This document shows positions 23,420 through 33,408 of a stretch of 64,000 nt of DNA, in pieces. The DNA is from Nannocystis bainbridge (lineage in GTDB: Bacteria > Myxococcota_A > Polyangia > Nannocystales > Nannocystaceae), in assembly GCF_028368995.1 (NCBI RefSeq), contig NZ_JAQNDL010000001.1:2944001-3008000 (forward strand). The letters are read 5' to 3'. The first letter of the stretch is position 1, and each line of letters opens with the position of its first letter. A program made the translations under genes and the position numbers. The notes beneath the pieces are model-generated. The model did no database searches. It saw only the letters and a program-made list of their open reading frames with translations, and was not told the origin of the DNA.

Positions 23420-24457
23420 ATGCGCACCCTGGCCCTCGGCGCCGCGCTCCTGTGCGGCGCCGCCTGCATCCCCTTCGAGCCGTACTGGCTGATTCAGGAC
23501 GCGAGGGTGCTCGGCACGCGCATGACCGTCGTCGAGCCCGGCGGTTACTCGACCCTCGTGCAGGTCCCGTACGGCCAGCGCCGCGCCAGCGGCCTGCCGC
23601 TCGACACCGTCGAGCTCGAGTGGATGGTCGCCGCGGTCGACGACGACGAGGTGCAGCCGCCGATCTGGCTGGCGTGCACCTGGCCCAACTGCATCGACGA
23701 TTACTACCGGACCGGTCACGCCCTCTACGACTGCCCGCACCCGCTGCCGCTCGACATCCGCTGGGCGTGTCGGCTCGGCGAGGGCCACACGGTCCGCGTC
23801 GGCTTCGCCGGCGCCTTCGGCCTCCAGTCCGGCTTCGCCTACGGCGGCCTGTCGGTGATGGCGATCGGCAGCCGCACCCCCGAGGTCGCGTCCGCGGCTT
23901 GCCTCGAGCGCTACGGCGCCGACCCACACGCCGGCCTCGAGAAGTGCCTCATCGCGCGCGACATCCACGTGCTCGGGCCGCTGTGGGCGGTGTTGCCGTT
24001 CGCGCCGGAGCTCGGCGAGCTGCCGCTCGAGATCTTCGGCCAGGAGCCCGACACGCACCCTGACATCGTCGGTTTTCGCGTCACGCGCGAGCGCGGCCCC
24101 GAGCGCCTGGAGCTCCTCGTCGAGCTCGACGACACCGTGAGCGTGGAGCCGGGTGAGCACATCACGGTGTTGCCGCTGGTGATCGGCGGCGCGCAGGAGT
24201 ACAGCGATTTCTTCGACGGAGACACCGACGGCCCGGCCGAGCCGGAGCTGCACCCGGGGTACGAGTTCATCTCCACCCGGGTGCAGCTGACCGCGCTCGT
24301 CGACGAGTTCGCGGCCCCCGAAGATTTCTCGTACGAGGCGGCCATCGAATGGCTGGTGCCGGAGCACCCCGAGCCGATGACGATGTTCGTATCGACCCGT
24401 GACAATCGGGCCGGCCGCGGCTTCGCCCGGCTGCACTTCGTCAGCGACGACCGATGA
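23420..24457 (+). CDS. Lipoprotein coupled to a TonB-dependent receptor
   Basis: MRTLALGAALLCGAAC lipobox; stop overlaps the receptor start (ATGA). Confidence 0.75.
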   Translation: MRTLALGAALLCGAACIPFEPYWLIQDARVLGTRMTVVEPGGYSTLVQVPYGQRRASGLPLDTVELEWMVAAVDDDEVQPPIWLACTWPNCIDDYYRTGHALYDCPHPLPLDIRWACRLGEGHTVRVGFAGAFGLQSGFAYGGLSVMAIGSRTPEVASAACLERYGADPHAGLEKCLIARDIHVLGPLWAVLPFAPELGELPLEIFGQEPDTHPDIVGFRVTRERGPERLELLVELDDTVSVEPGEHITVLPLVIGGAQEYSDFFDGDTDGPAEPELHPGYEFISTRVQLTALVDEFAAPEDFSYEAAIEWLVPEHPEPMTMFVSTRDNRAGRGFARLHFVSDDR

Positions 24458-26802
24458 TCGCGGCGGCCCTCCTCGTCGTCCTCGCCGCGGCCCCCGCGGC
24501 CGCGAGCGCCACGCCGGCGCCGGCCGAGCGCGCCGCGCGAACGACCGTGCAGGGCAGCCTGCGCAGCGCCGGCGAGCGCACGCCGGTGGTCGGCGCCAAG
24601 GTCTTCGCCACCGCCCGCCGCGGCCCGGCGTGGACCCGCGAGGCCGTCTCGGGCGAGGATGGCCGGTTCATCCTCACCGACCTGCCGGCTCCGGACTTCA
24701 TCCTCACCGTCGTCGCCGCCGAGCATCAGCGGCTCGAGCAGCCGACGACCGCCCCGTTCTGGCGCCGGCGCAAGCCGCCGGTCATCTACCTGCAACCGGT
24801 CGGCACCGGCAGCTATCGCACGATCGTCCAGCAGGAGCGCACCGCCCGTCCGAGCCCGTTCAGCGCCCGCCTCTCGCCCGACGAGATCCAGGGCCTGCCG
24901 GGCAGCCAGGGCGACCCGCTGCGCGCGCTGCAGAACCTGCCCGGAGTGGCGCGCGCCCCCGGCGGCCTCGGCCTGCTGGTCCTGCGCGGCGCCACCCCCA
25001 ATCAATCACAGGTGTTCTTCGGCGAGCACCCGCTGCCGCGCGCCTTCCACGTGCCCGGCCTCGCCAGCGTGGTCCAGACCGGCGTGCTGCAGGACTTGCA
25101 GTACGTCCCCGGCAACTTCTCGACTCACTACGGCAACGCCGTCGGCGGCGTCGTCACCATGACCCCGCGGGTCGGCCGACGCGACGGCCTGCACGGCCAC
25201 GCCAAGCTCGACATCACCTCGGCCGGCGCGCTGGTCGAGGGCGCGCTCGGCAAGGGCTCGTTCTTGATGGCGGCCCAGCGCGGCTACCTCGACCTCGTGC
25301 TCAAGGCCCTGCCCTCGGACGTGCGCGGCGAGCAGTTCATCCGCCCGCGCTACAACGATTACCAGCTGATCTTCGACCACCCGGTCGGCCAGGGCGCCAC
25401 CCTCACCGCGCGGGTCCTCGGCGCCACCGACACCATCGAGTACCCCGACACGACCTACAGCGCCGGCTCGAACTTCGCCCTGCGCGCCGGCTTCCACCGC
25501 TTCGACCTCGCCTACCGCAAGCGCCACGGCACCTGGGACTTCCTGCTCGCGCCAGCGGCCCGCCTCGACCGCACCGTCTACGAGAGCAGCCAGCTGTACC
25601 GCCGCCGCAGCGACGTCGTCGGCCTGCTGCGCGCCGAGCTGACGGCCCGCCCGTCGCGCCGGTTCCACGTCACGCTCGGCGTCGACACCCAGGTCGATCG
25701 CTTCATCACCCGCATGCGCCTCGCCGAGCCTTCGACCGGCGGGCCGGCGGCGCCCCCCGGCGACGAGACTCCCGACACCGCCAATCGCGGCGTCGTCTCG
25801 ACCAGCGGCCTCTACGTGTCGTCGATGATCGGCGGCGGCCGCTTCACCCTGTTCCCCGGCGTGCGCGTCAACGCGTTCACCGCCCCCGACAGCGCCGCCT
25901 TCGCCGTCGACCCGCGGGTGCTGGCCCGCGTGGTCGCGCACGAGCGGGTGATCTTGCAGTTCGGCGCCGGGCTCTACTCGCAGGCCAGCCAGCGGAAGAT
26001 CGAGCAGACCTCGGGCTTCATCTCCAACTCGCAGAACCCGTACGGCGGCACCACCTCGATCGCCGGCTTCGGCCCGCTGGTGCTGCCGGGCGCGCTGCGC
26101 TACCTCGACGCGCGGCTCGAGTTCGACCCGCGCGGCCGCGTCGGCGCCGCGCGGGCCGTCCAGCTCAGCGCCAACGTGCACGTCGACATCACCCGCACCC
26201 TGACCTTCGACAGCACGGTCTTCTACCGCCGCGTGCGCGACAACCTGCCGCTGCTGCTCGACAGCCCGAGCCTGCCCGACGCCGGCACCCAGACCTGGGG
26301 CATCGAGGCGATGCTGCGCCACGACCTCACCGCGCGGCTGTTCGGGTGGGTCGCCTACACCTTCATGGTCTCGAAGCTCGGCTACGCCACCTGGGACGTC
26401 GTGCGGCCCAATTTGCCGGCCGACTTCGACCAGCGGCACAACCTCGTCCTGCTGCTCGGCTACAAGCTGCCGCGGCGGTGGTCGATCGCCGGCCGCTTCC
26501 GCGTCGTCACCGGCCTGCCGTACACCCCGCGGGTCGGCGCGCAGCTCGAGCAGGGCCAGTGGACCCGCCCGCTCGACGGCCCGGTCAACAGCGCCCGCCT
26601 GCCGGTGTTCCACCAGCTCGACATCCGCATCGATCGCACGTGGGTCTACAAGCGGTCGATGGTGGCGGCCTACCTCGACGTGCAGAACCTCTACAACCGC
26701 CAGAACCCCGAGGGCGTGCTCTACAACTACGACTACTCCGACCAGCGCGCGGTCGTCGGCGTGCCGATCTTGCCGGTGCTCGGGGTGCGCGTGACGTACT
26801 GA
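24454..26802 (+). CDS. TonB-dependent receptor with N-terminal carboxypeptidase-regulatory-like domain
   Basis: GDPLRALQNLPGVAR plug, DFDQRHNL, RLPVFHQLDIRID, YLDVQNLYN, terminal aromatic residue. Confidence 0.88.
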   Translation: MIAAALLVVLAAAPAAASATPAPAERAARTTVQGSLRSAGERTPVVGAKVFATARRGPAWTREAVSGEDGRFILTDLPAPDFILTVVAAEHQRLEQPTTAPFWRRRKPPVIYLQPVGTGSYRTIVQQERTARPSPFSARLSPDEIQGLPGSQGDPLRALQNLPGVARAPGGLGLLVLRGATPNQSQVFFGEHPLPRAFHVPGLASVVQTGVLQDLQYVPGNFSTHYGNAVGGVVTMTPRVGRRDGLHGHAKLDITSAGALVEGALGKGSFLMAAQRGYLDLVLKALPSDVRGEQFIRPRYNDYQLIFDHPVGQGATLTARVLGATDTIEYPDTTYSAGSNFALRAGFHRFDLAYRKRHGTWDFLLAPAARLDRTVYESSQLYRRRSDVVGLLRAELTARPSRRFHVTLGVDTQVDRFITRMRLAEPSTGGPAAPPGDETPDTANRGVVSTSGLYVSSMIGGGRFTLFPGVRVNAFTAPDSAAFAVDPRVLARVVAHERVILQFGAGLYSQASQRKIEQTSGFISNSQNPYGGTTSIAGFGPLVLPGALRYLDARLEFDPRGRVGAARAVQLSANVHVDITRTLTFDSTVFYRRVRDNLPLLLDSPSLPDAGTQTWGIEAMLRHDLTARLFGWVAYTFMVSKLGYATWDVVRPNLPADFDQRHNLVLLLGYKLPRRWSIAGRFRVVTGLPYTPRVGAQLEQGQWTRPLDGPVNSARLPVFHQLDIRIDRTWVYKRSMVAAYLDVQNLYNRQNPEGVLYNYDYSDQRAVVGVPILPVLGVRVTY

Positions 26803-26894
26803 GCGCGGCGGGCTCGACCGTGCCGCGTCATCGCGTGTCGGTCCCGTGACCGGCGCGTGACGTGGTTTCGGCGCGGCGCTAAGCTCCCGCCCTC

Positions 26895-27272
26895 ATGACC
26901 GACGAGAAGGACCCCCCGGCGGTGCTGCAGGCCCGCCTCGCCAACGAGCGCACCCTGCTCGCGTGGCTGCGCACGGCGGTCGCGCTGATGGGCTTCGGCC
27001 TCATGGTCGCGCGGCTCGGCGTGTTCCTCGACACCCTCGCCATGACCTCGCACGAGCACCTGCGGGCCGCCGGTCAGTCGCGCTGGACCGGGGCCGCCCT
27101 GCTCATCACCGGCAGCACCGTCGCCATCATCGGCTCCCACCGCGTCCGCGCCTACGCCCGCGTCATCGACCCCAAGAGCAGCCCGCCCGGCGACCGCGGG
27201 CTCTACTTCACCGCCGCGCTCGTCATCCTGCTGGGCGTCGGCCTCGCCACCTTCGTGGTCGTCATGTACTGA
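26895..27272 (+). CDS. DUF202/YidH-family membrane protein
   Basis: LANERTLLAWLRT signature, three TM segments. Confidence 0.9.
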   Translation: MTDEKDPPAVLQARLANERTLLAWLRTAVALMGFGLMVARLGVFLDTLAMTSHEHLRAAGQSRWTGAALLITGSTVAIIGSHRVRAYARVIDPKSSPPGDRGLYFTAALVILLGVGLATFVVVMY

Positions 27273-27273
27273 A

Positions 27274-27340
27274 ACCGGCATGTCCTGGAGGACATGCCGG
27301 TTCGAACATGCTCCGGGGAGCATGTCCCTCAGAACATGTC
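27274..27340. repeat. 14-bp-phased CATG palindromic repeat array (5 cores)
   Basis: CATG at 27279, 27293, 27307, 27321, 27335; perfect stem ACCGGCATGTCCT-GG-AGGACATGCCGGT. Confidence 0.9.
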
Positions 27341-28600
27341 GCGCATCCAGCCGACGAAGCGCTTGCCGATGCCCGGGCGGCGCTCGCCGCGGGGCTGATG
27401 GATCTCATTGACCGCCGCCATCGGCTGGTGGGCCGCGCCGTACAGCACCAGGCCGACGCCGGTCGAGAACTTCGGGTCCTGGATCACCTGGGCGAACCCG
27501 CCCTCGGTGAGCGACGGCTGGCCGCGGCCGAAGCTGGCCCCGTGGACCGGCATCCCGCGGCGGACCGGCATCTGGAACACGTCCTCGACGATCTCCGTCA
27601 TGCCCTCCATCTGCGACCCGCCGCCGGTGAGGACGATGCCCGAGCCGGCCATCTCCATCATCCCGGACTTCAGCAGCTCCTCCTGCGCCATCAGCAGGAT
27701 CTCCTCGACGCGCGGCTCGATCACCTCGCCGAGGAAGCGGCGGGGGAACGCCCGCGGCGGGCGCGGACCGACGCCCGCCACCTCGACCACCGCGTCGCCC
27801 TCGATCATGCTGACGAGCGCGCAGCCGTGGCGGCGCTTGATCGCCTCGGCCTCGGCCACGCTGGTGTGCAGCCCGTGGGCCACGTCCTGGGTGATGCGGT
27901 GGCCGCCCATGACGATGACCGAGGTGAACACGTTGGTGCCCTCGGAGTAGATCGTCAGGTCGGTGGTGCCGCCGCCGATGTCGATGAGCACCACGCCGAG
28001 CTCGCGCTCGTCCTCGTGGAGCACGCTGATCGCCGAGGCCAGCGGCTGCAGCACGACCTCGACGACGTCGAGGCCGGCGCGGTTGCAGCACTTGATGATG
28101 TTCTGGACGCTGGTGGTCGCGGCGGTGATGACGTGGGCGCGGGCCTCCATGCGCACGCCGCTCATGCCGATCGGGTCCTTGATCTGGCCCTGGCCGTCGA
28201 TCATGTACTCGAGCGGCAGGGTGTGGATGATCTGGCGGTCGAGCGGGATGTTGACCGCCTTGGCCTGCTCGAGCACCCGCGCGACGTCGGCCTCGGTGAC
28301 CTCGCGGTTGCGCATGCTGACCTGGCCGAGGCTGCTAAAGCCGCGGATGTGACCGCCGGCGATGCCGACGAACACCGACTGGACCTCGACGGCCGCCATC
28401 TGCTCGGCCTCCTGGATCGCCTGGGCGATGCTGTTGGTGGTCGCCTCGATGTTGACCACCACGCCCTGGCGCAGGCCCTCCGACGGACAGGTCCCGACGC
28501 CGATGATGTCGATGCCGCTCTCGGTCACCTCGCCGATGATCGCGGCGACCTTGGTCGTGCCGATGTCGAGTCCGACGATCACTTCTCCGACTTCTGCCAT
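27329..28600 (-). CDS. ftsA: Cell division protein FtsA
   Basis: VGLDIGTTKV, IDIGGGTTD, VLTGGG, C-terminal amphipathic helix (FVGWMRDMF). Confidence 0.96.
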   Translation of the reverse strand: MAEVGEVIVGLDIGTTKVAAIIGEVTESGIDIIGVGTCPSEGLRQGVVVNIEATTNSIAQAIQEAEQMAAVEVQSVFVGIAGGHIRGFSSLGQVSMRNREVTEADVARVLEQAKAVNIPLDRQIIHTLPLEYMIDGQGQIKDPIGMSGVRMEARAHVITAATTSVQNIIKCCNRAGLDVVEVVLQPLASAISVLHEDERELGVVLIDIGGGTTDLTIYSEGTNVFTSVIVMGGHRITQDVAHGLHTSVAEAEAIKRRHGCALVSMIEGDAVVEVAGVGPRPPRAFPRRFLGEVIEPRVEEILLMAQEELLKSGMMEMAGSGIVLTGGGSQMEGMTEIVEDVFQMPVRRGMPVHGASFGRGQPSLTEGGFAQVIQDPKFSTGVGLVLYGAAHQPMAAVNEIHQPRGERRPGIGKRFVGWMRDMF

Positions 28601-28610
28601 GGCTACGTTC

Positions 28611-29813
28611 CTAGTCGTACTTCGGGATGCCAGAAGCAAATTTGTTGCCGGAGGCGGCCTTCTTCTTCTTCTTGCTCTTGGACTTGGTCGGGCCGCTCGG
28701 CTGATTCGCCGCCGGCGCCTGAGCGGCTGACTCTTGGGTCATGTCCTTCGGGGCAGGCTTGGCGCCGGCGCCGCGGGCCAGCACCGCCGCCTCGGCGGCC
28801 GGGTCGAGGAAGCTGGCGACCACGCGCTCGGGCGTGCCGGGGGTCGCGTCGAGGTCGAGGTGGACCACCGCCAGCTGCTCGGCCCGCTCGCCGAGCGCCG
28901 CGCGCAGGGCGTCGAAGCGGGCCAGCTTGCCGGCGACGTCGCCGCGGCCGAGCCGCAGCGCCGCGCCGGTCTTGGCGGTGTAGAGCGCGACCGCCCCGCC
29001 CTCGTCGACGTGGACCTCCGACAGCCGCGGCCGCGGTGTCTCCTGGTAGGTCGTCAACGCCGCCAGCCCGCGGCGGATCGCCGTCTGCGCCCGCGCGTCA
29101 CCGGCCACCAGCTGCTCGCGGTCGACCCCGGTGATCACCGGCAGCTCGCCGCGCTCGCCGTCCTCGAGCCGCTTGAACGGCACCCCGTCGCGGTCGATCA
29201 GGTAGAAATAGCCCGACAGCAGCGCCGCCGCGGCCTCGTGTTCCTCGACCTCGACGATCAGCGTGTCGGGCAGCGAGCGCTGGACGCTGGCGCGCTTGAC
29301 CCACGGCTCGGCGGCGATCTTGGCCTGCAGCGCGTCGGTGTCGACGGCCAGGATGTTGGTGCCGGGCTCGAGCCCGAGCAGCGCCTGCAACCTGTCCACC
29401 GGGACATGTGGCGTCGCCTGGTAGACCAGCGACTTGGCCTCGAAGCGGGCCGAGGTGGTCACGTATTGGTAGCTGGTCTGGACCGCCAGCAGCACGCCCC
29501 ACGCCAGGGTCACGGCGATCGCCAGGCGAGCGGCGAGGCTGAGCAGCCGCCGCCCGCGCGCGCCGACCCGCGGCACCGCGGCGACCATCGACCGCAGGCC
29601 CATGCGCGGCACGTGCACCGCCGGCTTGGCCCCGGCCCGCGGCGCGTCGACGCGGCGATTGACCCGCTGCCCCGCCCGGCTGGTCGTCACCGCCGGCTTG
29701 CGCGCGACCGGAGCCGCCGCTGGCACGGGCCGCGGCCGCGCCTGCTGGACCCGCCGGTTCTGCTTGCGCGCCGTCGCGGCGTTCGCGCGAGGGTTGTTTT
29801 GGAAGAGACCCAT
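28611..29813 (-). CDS. ftsQ: Cell division protein FtsQ/DivIB
   Basis: Basic N-terminal tail, single TM, POTRA (PWVKRASVQRSLPDTLIVEVEE), LPVITG; directly upstream of ftsA. Confidence 0.88.
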   Translation of the reverse strand: MGLFQNNPRANAATARKQNRRVQQARPRPVPAAAPVARKPAVTTSRAGQRVNRRVDAPRAGAKPAVHVPRMGLRSMVAAVPRVGARGRRLLSLAARLAIAVTLAWGVLLAVQTSYQYVTTSARFEAKSLVYQATPHVPVDRLQALLGLEPGTNILAVDTDALQAKIAAEPWVKRASVQRSLPDTLIVEVEEHEAAAALLSGYFYLIDRDGVPFKRLEDGERGELPVITGVDREQLVAGDARAQTAIRRGLAALTTYQETPRPRLSEVHVDEGGAVALYTAKTGAALRLGRGDVAGKLARFDALRAALGERAEQLAVVHLDLDATPGTPERVVASFLDPAAEAAVLARGAGAKPAPKDMTQESAAQAPAANQPSGPTKSKSKKKKKAASGNKFASGIPKYD

Positions 29814-30097
29814 GGCGAAGAGAGCGAGCCTGGCGACTATCAGGCGCTCCATGTGTGGGCAAGAAATCGGCGCCGTGTGGGACTGAACATCCGCGCAAGC
29901 GCGCGCCCAGGCCGCCTCGCGCGCGCGCACCCGCGCGAGCCACGACCTGGCGCGAAGGACAGGTTGATGCCCGCGCACAGGACATGTCCCTTCGGACAGG
30001 CAAGGCCTCAGCGCACTCGACCATTCACGCCCGCGATGACGCGTGCCCGAATCTCGTGACCGGACATCGTCACGCCTCGACGGCGTCGCGTCGCGAC

Positions 30098-30478
30098 TCA
30101 GAACGACTGCGGCGCCTGAGCGCCGCTCGGCGGGCGGCGGAGCACGCCGTACACCGTGCCCGAGCCGGTGCTGATCGCGGCCTGGTTCGTCGCCGAGGTC
30201 ATCACGGCGACCGCCTCGCCGCCCATCTTGCAGGCGCGGGGCCGGACGATCTGGCGGAACTTCTCGTCCATCGGGTCCATCGTCCCGACCTTGCCGATCG
30301 TCACATAACCGAGGATCTCCCACTCGCCGCCTGGCCGCATCTTCTGCATATCGGCCTGGACGAACTCGAGCGGACAATTCGCGTCGTGCGGCGGCGCAAA
30401 GATCATTCGTGTCTCGGAGATTTGGGAGCACGATACCGTGGCTGCAGCAAGAAGGATCGGGATCAAAGATCTACGCAT
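30098..30478 (-). CDS. Small lipoprotein
   Basis: MRRSLIPILLAAATVSC lipobox; RACKMGGEAV. Confidence 0.7.
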   Translation of the reverse strand: MRRSLIPILLAAATVSCSQISETRMIFAPPHDANCPLEFVQADMQKMRPGGEWEILGYVTIGKVGTMDPMDEKFRQIVRPRACKMGGEAVAVMTSATNQAAISTGSGTVYGVLRRPPSGAQAPQSF

Positions 30479-30587
30479 CGCGGCCGAGGTTACAGAGCCC
30501 CGCGCAGTGATGTCAATGAACGCCGGGCCCACGCGACGCTCGGCGGTCCTTCGGCTTCCCGCAGGGGCAACTCCGCGGCCCTCCGCG

Positions 30588-31427
30588 TCACAGCGGGAAA
30601 TCACCGAGCGTCGGCCGCTGCAACCAGTTGCGCTCGGGCCAGCCCGCGCCCTGCTCCGCCGCGTGCATCGTGAACGCCATGCGCGAGGTCGCCGAGTGGT
30701 TGTGCGAGCTGCGATGCGGCAGGTGATCGTCGAACACCACCACGGTACCCGCCGGCACCTCGAGCGCGACCGCCTCGTCGTCGGTCGGCCACGGCGACGG
30801 ATCGAGCGTGCGCAGGGTGCCGACGCGGGCGCGCCAGTCGACCTCGTAGCGCTCGCGCAGCGGCGAGCGGTGGCCGCCGGGCTGGACGTAAAGGCAGCCG
30901 TTGTCGCGCCGCGCGTCCTCCAGCGCGATCCACAGGCCGGTGACACAAGCTGGCTCGCTGATCAGGTACGTCGCGTCCTGATGCCAGCGGACCTCGCCGC
31001 CGATGCGCGGCTGTTTGAAGATCAGCATCGTCTGCCACAGCACCGGCGCGACGTGGCCGACGTCGCGCAGGAGCGCGGCGAACTGCGGCAGGCGGCAGAA
31101 CGCGGCGAACGCCGGCACCCGGTCGTGCAGCGCGTGGCCGATCTTGTTGACCGCCAGCCGCGGCGGGTAGCGCAGCTGGCCGCTGGCGTCGAGCGCGTCG
31201 GCCTCGAGGAAGCAGTGCACGCCCTCGGCCGAGGCGAAGAAGGCGTCGTCGCGGCCGGCGTCGCGATCCTTGGTGGTGAACACGGTGCGCTCGGCCGCGG
31301 GGTCGAAGCGATCGACGATCGCCAGCGCGGCCTCGCGGATCGACGCGAGGTCGGCGCTCTCGATCAGACGCGGCAGCACCAGGTAACCACGCGCTTCGAA
31401 CTCGTCGATCTGCTCGGGGCTCAGCAT
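30588..31427 (-). CDS. Phytanoyl-CoA dioxygenase family (PhyH) Fe/2OG enzyme
   Basis: WHQD, WIALEDA...NGCL, HRSSHN...SR. Confidence 0.92.
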   Translation of the reverse strand: MLSPEQIDEFEARGYLVLPRLIESADLASIREAALAIVDRFDPAAERTVFTTKDRDAGRDDAFFASAEGVHCFLEADALDASGQLRYPPRLAVNKIGHALHDRVPAFAAFCRLPQFAALLRDVGHVAPVLWQTMLIFKQPRIGGEVRWHQDATYLISEPACVTGLWIALEDARRDNGCLYVQPGGHRSPLRERYEVDWRARVGTLRTLDPSPWPTDDEAVALEVPAGTVVVFDDHLPHRSSHNHSATSRMAFTMHAAEQGAGWPERNWLQRPTLGDFPL

Positions 31428-31470
31428 CGTCTCAACTCCTGACCCGCCGCGAAGTCATGCCCACGGCATA

Positions 31471-32409
31471 TCATCGGCCCGGCTCCTTGCCCGTAGCGAT
31501 CGTCTTGGCGGCGGCGAAGATCTGCTGGCGCAGCCACAGATGGCCCGGGTCGTCCTGGTGGCGCTCGTGCCACACCTGGCGCACCGTGAAGCCCGGCACC
31601 GCCAGCGGCGGCGCCAGCGTGCGCAGGTCGAGGGCCGGGCCGAGGCGCCGCACCAGCCGCGCCGGCGTCGTCAGCACCAGGTCCGAGCTGGCGACGATCA
31701 GCGGCGCCGCCAGGAAATGCGGCACCACCAGCGCGATCTGCCGCGCGTGGCCGAGCTCGGCCAGCTGCCTGTCGACCGCGCTCTGCGACCCGCCGCGCAC
31801 GCTGACCAGCACGTGGCGCAGCCGCAGGTAAGTCGCCAGGTCGATCGTGCGGCGGACCTCCGGGTGGCCCTTGCGGCACACCAGCACCATCTCCTCCGAG
31901 AACAGCGCCTGCTGCTGCAAGCCCGGGCTGGCCTCGAACACCACGCCGACGCCGACGGTGACCGCCCCGTTCTCGAGCGACGCCGCGAGGTCGCTGAGCT
32001 CGAGCGGGCGGACGCGCAGCTGCACCCCCGGCGCCGCCGCCGACACGCGGGCCAGCAGCGGCGGCAGCAGCACCGCCTCGATGTAGTCGGTGCTGGCGAG
32101 CACGAACTCGCGGCGGCTGGTGCCCGGGTCGAAGCGGGCCGGCCCGCTCAGCAGCGCGCCGACGTCGCGCAGGGCGGCCCGCAGCGGGACCAGCAGCTGT
32201 TCACCGCGGGCAGTCGGGATCATCCCGCCGCGGGTGCGGACCAGCAGCTCGTCGCCGAAGGTCGCGCGCAGGCGCGCCAGAGCGTGACTCGTGGCGGAGG
32301 CGGTGAGCCCCAGCCGCGCGCCCGCCCGCGTCACGCTGCGCTCGCTGAGCAGGGCCTCGAGCGCGACCAGCAGGTTGAGGTCCACGCCCTGTAGTTGCAC
32401 GCCATGCAT
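31471..32409 (-). CDS. LysR-family transcriptional regulator
   Basis: DLNLLVALEALLSERSVTRAG HTH; divergent from the SDR. Confidence 0.93.
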   Translation of the reverse strand: MHGVQLQGVDLNLLVALEALLSERSVTRAGARLGLTASATSHALARLRATFGDELLVRTRGGMIPTARGEQLLVPLRAALRDVGALLSGPARFDPGTSRREFVLASTDYIEAVLLPPLLARVSAAAPGVQLRVRPLELSDLAASLENGAVTVGVGVVFEASPGLQQQALFSEEMVLVCRKGHPEVRRTIDLATYLRLRHVLVSVRGGSQSAVDRQLAELGHARQIALVVPHFLAAPLIVASSDLVLTTPARLVRRLGPALDLRTLAPPLAVPGFTVRQVWHERHQDDPGHLWLRQQIFAAAKTIATGKEPGR

Positions 32410-32477
32410 CCTATCATGAAAACGATGCGCTTGCTGCAACTCCGGGCGAGGCGCACGATGTCGGCCGAGGACGAGAC

Positions 32478-33206
32478 ATGAGCAAGCGAATCATCCTGAT
32501 CACCGGGGCGAACAAGGGCATCGGCTTGGAGACGGCGCGGCAGCTGGCGCGCGAGGGCCACACCGTGATCGTCGCGGCGCGCGACGGGGCCAAGGCCGAG
32601 GGCGCGGTCGCCGAGCTCGCCCGCGACGGGCTCAAGGCCGAGGCCGTCACGCTCGACGTGACCGACGCGGCGTCGATCGCCCGCGCGGCCGAGCAGGTCG
32701 GGAGCCGCCACGGCAAGCTCGACACGCTGATCAACAACGCCGGCGTCGTCAACGAGCCGTGGGGCACCACCACCAGCCAGACCACGCTCGCGCAGTGGCG
32801 CGACACCTTCGAGGCCAACGTGTTCGGCCTGGTCGCGGTGACGCAGGCGTTCCTGCCGCTGGTCCGCAAGAGCGAGGCCGGCCGGATCGTCAACGTCAGC
32901 AGCATCCTCGGCTCGCTGACCCTCCACGCCGAGCCGTCGTCGCCGATCTACGACATGAAGTCGGTGGCCTACGACTCCTCGAAGTCGGCCGTCAACCAGT
33001 ACACGATCCACCTGGCCCACGAGCTGCGCGACACCACCATCAAGGTCAACTCGGCCCACCCCGGGTGGGTCAAGACCGACCTCGGCGGGGAGCAGGCGCC
33101 GATGGAGGTCGAGGACGGCGCGAAGACCAGCGTGTGGCTGGCGACCCTGCCGGCCGACGGCCCGACCGGCGGCTTCTTCCACATGCACGACCGGCTGCCC
33201 TGGTAG
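32478..33206 (+). CDS. SDR oxidoreductase (carbonyl-reductase type)
   Basis: TGANKGIG, NNAG, YDSSK, HPGWVKTD. Confidence 0.93.
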   Translation: MSKRIILITGANKGIGLETARQLAREGHTVIVAARDGAKAEGAVAELARDGLKAEAVTLDVTDAASIARAAEQVGSRHGKLDTLINNAGVVNEPWGTTTSQTTLAQWRDTFEANVFGLVAVTQAFLPLVRKSEAGRIVNVSSILGSLTLHAEPSSPIYDMKSVAYDSSKSAVNQYTIHLAHELRDTTIKVNSAHPGWVKTDLGGEQAPMEVEDGAKTSVWLATLPADGPTGGFFHMHDRLPW

Positions 33207-33217
33207 GCTGGCTATCG

Positions 33218-33260
33218 GGACATGCTTGAAGGGACATGCCCAGGCGGGCATGTCCCTTCG
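33218..33260. repeat. 14-bp-phased CATG array (3 cores)
   Basis: CATG at 33221, 33235, 33249; stem GAAGGGACATGCCC-AGGC-GGGCATGTCCCTTC. Confidence 0.9.
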
Positions 33261-33408
33261 GCAATTCCTGGACGGATGCTTGTGCGTGCTGCCGACCAGG
33301 GTCGCGAGCGCGATCCCGCTCGGCCGCGGTGAATGCGGTTTATCGCGAGGCGCGATAATTTTCTCGTGCTCCTCGGATCACGGGCCCTCGTCGAGGCACA
33401 CAACCTAC